A model generated the notes under the pieces. The model made no database searches. It was not told where the DNA came from and saw nothing but the letters and a program-made list of their open reading frames with translations. From assembly GCA_937922045.1 (NCBI GenBank), contig CAKZXA010000010.1, positions 35,325 through 99,324 of the forward strand: a stretch of 64,000 nucleotides of DNA, given 5' to 3'. This DNA is from an uncultured Acidimicrobiales bacterium (GTDB lineage: Bacteria; Actinomycetota; Acidimicrobiia; Acidimicrobiales; SZUA-35). Below, in pieces: positions 61,285 through 64,000 of this stretch; position 1 is the stretch's first letter; each line of letters opens with the position of its first letter. A program made the position numbers and the translations under genes.

Positions 61285-62343
61285 GTGAGCGGCTCGAGCG
61301 GGTTCTATATTCCATCGCTCGACGGCCTTCGAGCCGTATCGATAGCCATCGTTTTCGTGTCGCACGCCGGTTTGACCATGATCCCTGGTGGTTTTGGCGT
61401 CACGGTGTTTTTCTTCCTGAGCGGCTACCTCATCACCACCTTGCTTCGCCGAGAGTTCGAAGCGACCGGCACGGTTAGCTTTCGCAAGTTCTACTGGCGG
61501 CGAGTGTGGCGGATCTTTCCACCGATGTACACCGCCTTGGTGTTCGCCACTGCCGTGTCGCTTGCCGGTCTCACGCTCGGCACGCCGACCGTTGAGGCCG
61601 TTTCGCTCCAAGCCCTACATCTCACCAACTACGCCATCATCGACGGCCAAAGCGGGGATATGCCCTTTGGCAGCCAGGTGTTCTGGTCCCTCGCTATCGA
61701 GGAGCACTTCTACCTGCTGTTTCCGGTTGTGGCCCTGTTCCTGCTGCGCCGATTCGATCGACGGCACCAGGCCCTAGCCCTTCTTGCGACGTGTGGCCTT
61801 GTGCTTTGTTGGCGGATCGCGCTGGTGACGGCGTTCGGCGCTTCGCCCGATCGAATCTTCTACGCCACCGACACACGAATCGACGCCATCCTGTTCGGCT
61901 GTGCCATGGGTCTATACCACAACCCGATGCTCGACGGAGGAGCGCTCTGGTCGAAACGCAAGGCCCTCGGTGCCGCTGCTGCCTCAACGTTGGTCGTGGT
62001 CGTAACCATGGTGGTGCGCCACGACCTGTTCCGCGAAACCCTGAGGTACTCGATCCAGTCGATGGCCCTAGCCCCCTTGTTCTACGCTGCCATTCAACAC
62101 CCTGGTCTAGGGCCGTTTCGCTGGCTCAACCTTAAGCCGGTGAGGTTCGTCGGGGTGTTGAGCTACTCGCTGTACCTCGTCCATCACGTCGTCATTCTGG
62201 CGATCTGGAAGTTCCAACCCACGATTCCAACACCGATCATGATCGTGGTGGCCGGACCGATTGCGCTGGCCTTGGCCTACGTGATCTACCGCGTCGTTGA
62301 GCAGCCATCGGCACGAATCCGTCGGCGGTACGCGTCGATGTAG
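61285..62343 (+). CDS. Acyltransferase-3 (OafA-like) membrane O-acyltransferase
   Basis: LDGLRA, GV..FF.LSGYLIT, FY.RR..RI.P, WSLAIEEHFY, SYSLYL.H. Confidence 0.92.
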   Translation: MSGSSGFYIPSLDGLRAVSIAIVFVSHAGLTMIPGGFGVTVFFFLSGYLITTLLRREFEATGTVSFRKFYWRRVWRIFPPMYTALVFATAVSLAGLTLGTPTVEAVSLQALHLTNYAIIDGQSGDMPFGSQVFWSLAIEEHFYLLFPVVALFLLRRFDRRHQALALLATCGLVLCWRIALVTAFGASPDRIFYATDTRIDAILFGCAMGLYHNPMLDGGALWSKRKALGAAAASTLVVVVTMVVRHDLFRETLRYSIQSMALAPLFYAAIQHPGLGPFRWLNLKPVRFVGVLSYSLYLVHHVVILAIWKFQPTIPTPIMIVVAGPIALALAYVIYRVVEQPSARIRRRYASM

Positions 62344-62357
62344 GCGCGCCACGATGG

Positions 62358-63200
62358 CTACTCAGGGATGACGGTTGAGGCGACATCGGGTGAGGCCTCG
62401 GGATAGCGCATCTTGAGCGCCTTCAAGGTCTGGATGATGATCTCCGAGACGACGATATTGCGATACCACTTGCGGTTGGCGGGTACGACATACCAGGGAG
62501 CGGATTCGGTGCTTGTCCGCTGCAGAGCGTCTTGGAAGGCGTCCTGGTAGTCGTCCCAACGGGAGCGGGCCTGCATGTCAGCCGGTTCGAACTTCCAGTT
62601 CTTGTCGGCCTCGTCGAGGCGGGCCTGGAAACGCTCCCTTTGTTCCTCTTTGGAGATGTGCAGAAAGATCTTGATGATGGTGGTGCCCTCGTCGGCCAAC
62701 ATCTGTTCGAAGTTGACGATGTGGTCGTAGCGTTTCTCCCAGCGCTTGGCTGGGACCAGCTCTTCAACGCGCACGACGAGAACGTCCTCGTAGTGGCTGC
62801 GGTTGAAGATGACCAGCTCACCATTTCCTGGCACCTCGGAGTGAATGCGCCAGAGATAGTCGTGCGAGAGTTCTAGCGACGACGGCTTCTTAAAGGCTGC
62901 GACCCTGACGCCACTAGGATTCACGCCGTCGAAGACGTGCTTGATGGTTGAATCTTTGCCCCCGGCATCCATGGCTTGGAGTACGACGAGGACTCGGTGT
63001 TTACCTTCGGCCCACAGGAGCTCCTGGAGCTCTTCTAGCTCACTGTTGAGTGCGGCAGCGTACTGCTTGCCACCGTCCTTGTCGGAGGATTCCCAAAAGT
63101 GGGTTATCTCGGGGTCGATGTCGGCAAGGTCGAGACCTTTGCCCGGCTTGACCCGAAAGTGGTCGATATCGAACGGCGTCAACGCTTTTTGGGCAGCCAT
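62358..63200 (-). CDS. ppk2: Polyphosphate kinase 2 family (class III-like)
   Basis: QAMDAGGKDSTI, FK.P...EL.HDYLWR, FNRSHYEDVLVVRV, PWYVVPANRKW. Confidence 0.92.
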   Translation of the reverse strand: MAAQKALTPFDIDHFRVKPGKGLDLADIDPEITHFWESSDKDGGKQYAAALNSELEELQELLWAEGKHRVLVVLQAMDAGGKDSTIKHVFDGVNPSGVRVAAFKKPSSLELSHDYLWRIHSEVPGNGELVIFNRSHYEDVLVVRVEELVPAKRWEKRYDHIVNFEQMLADEGTTIIKIFLHISKEEQRERFQARLDEADKNWKFEPADMQARSRWDDYQDAFQDALQRTSTESAPWYVVPANRKWYRNIVVSEIIIQTLKALKMRYPEASPDVASTVIPE

Positions 63201-63288
63201 GAGTCTGAGCTTAACCGGGTTAACCGCTACCGTTGAACGAGTGACATACGCTGGCACCACAAACGCTTCTCGTTCCACCGTCGAGGGC

Positions 63289-63993
63289 GTGGTTGTGGCC
63301 GAACTCGAAATCCTGCATTCGCGGCCGATCGCTCCCACTCGTCGCGTCTCGCTCGGCATGCGAAACCTACCGATCGACCCTGCGCCCGGAGCCGGAGGCC
63401 TGCTGTTGGCAGCCATCGTGGCCCACAACGCACCGAAGATCGAACCGGAGCTTCGCGAAGATCTGGTCTCGGTTATGGAGACACTCGCCGCTGGGCATGG
63501 CGTGGTGCAACCACGGGTACGCCACCGTTTCCAATCCGACCGTGTCGGCCTCGCCCTTAGCCCCCAGCGGCTGATGGCGGTAAACGGCCAGCTAGCCTTC
63601 GACTTCGAGGACACGCTCGGACGTCCGGTTCAGCTCGCGCTGGGCGCCGTCTACGCTGCTGGGTCGCTTCCGGTTGAGACACGGACCCCCATCTTTGAAG
63701 CCTTAACCTCAGCCCTCGTTTGGGCCCGTCCGGTAGACGCCGCATTCATCTCGGCCATCACCGGCGGTGAGTCGGCCAGCCTGGTCGATCTGCGAGCCTG
63801 GAACGATCCGTTGGCCTGGGCCATGGAAACGCTGGAGATCAGCAGCGATGAGACCCCATCGAAGCGTGTCGTGCAACGCCGCTTTCGAGCGATGCTGCGG
63901 GACGCTCACCCCGATCATGGAGGCCAGGATGGAGCCGCCGCAGCCCGGATCGCCGAGCTCACCGAAGCCCGCCGCATCCTGTTGAACTCATGA
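63289..63993 (+). CDS. Hypothetical protein with C-terminal J domain
   Basis: C-terminal VQRRFRAMLRDAHPDHGG...IAELTEARRIL with HPD motif; start uncertain. Confidence 0.75.
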   Translation: MVVAELEILHSRPIAPTRRVSLGMRNLPIDPAPGAGGLLLAAIVAHNAPKIEPELREDLVSVMETLAAGHGVVQPRVRHRFQSDRVGLALSPQRLMAVNGQLAFDFEDTLGRPVQLALGAVYAAGSLPVETRTPIFEALTSALVWARPVDAAFISAITGGESASLVDLRAWNDPLAWAMETLEISSDETPSKRVVQRRFRAMLRDAHPDHGGQDGAAAARIAELTEARRILLNS

Positions 63994-64000
63994 GCAAGGC

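Overview
High-GC actinobacterial chromosome segment, most likely class Acidimicrobiia (inferred from gene order and protein features, not from a database search). The core backbone is argS ... lysA-hom-thrC-rho-rpmE(type B)-hyp-prfA-prmC ... rpiB-glyA-copCD-wecA-atpZ/I-atpB,E,F,F,H,A,G,D,C ... glpX ... ppk2. A ~19.6 kb accessory block separates argS from lysA. It carries a Tad pilus locus without a pilin, a large lectin-like surface protein, ada, an MFS transporter, a TAT-less reductive-dehalogenase-like enzyme and a WS/DGAT-patatin-WS/DGAT lipid cluster. The most unusual signal is at gene junctions. Three unrelated junctions carry 14-nt tandem units in which each ATGA opens a 5-codon mini-ORF that stops on the next ATGA, and two atp intergenic spacers are each spanned by a bridging mini-ORF. 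Together these suggest a translational termination-reinitiation relay. About a dozen genes look leaderless. I saw no rRNA, tRNA, CRISPR array or transposase.
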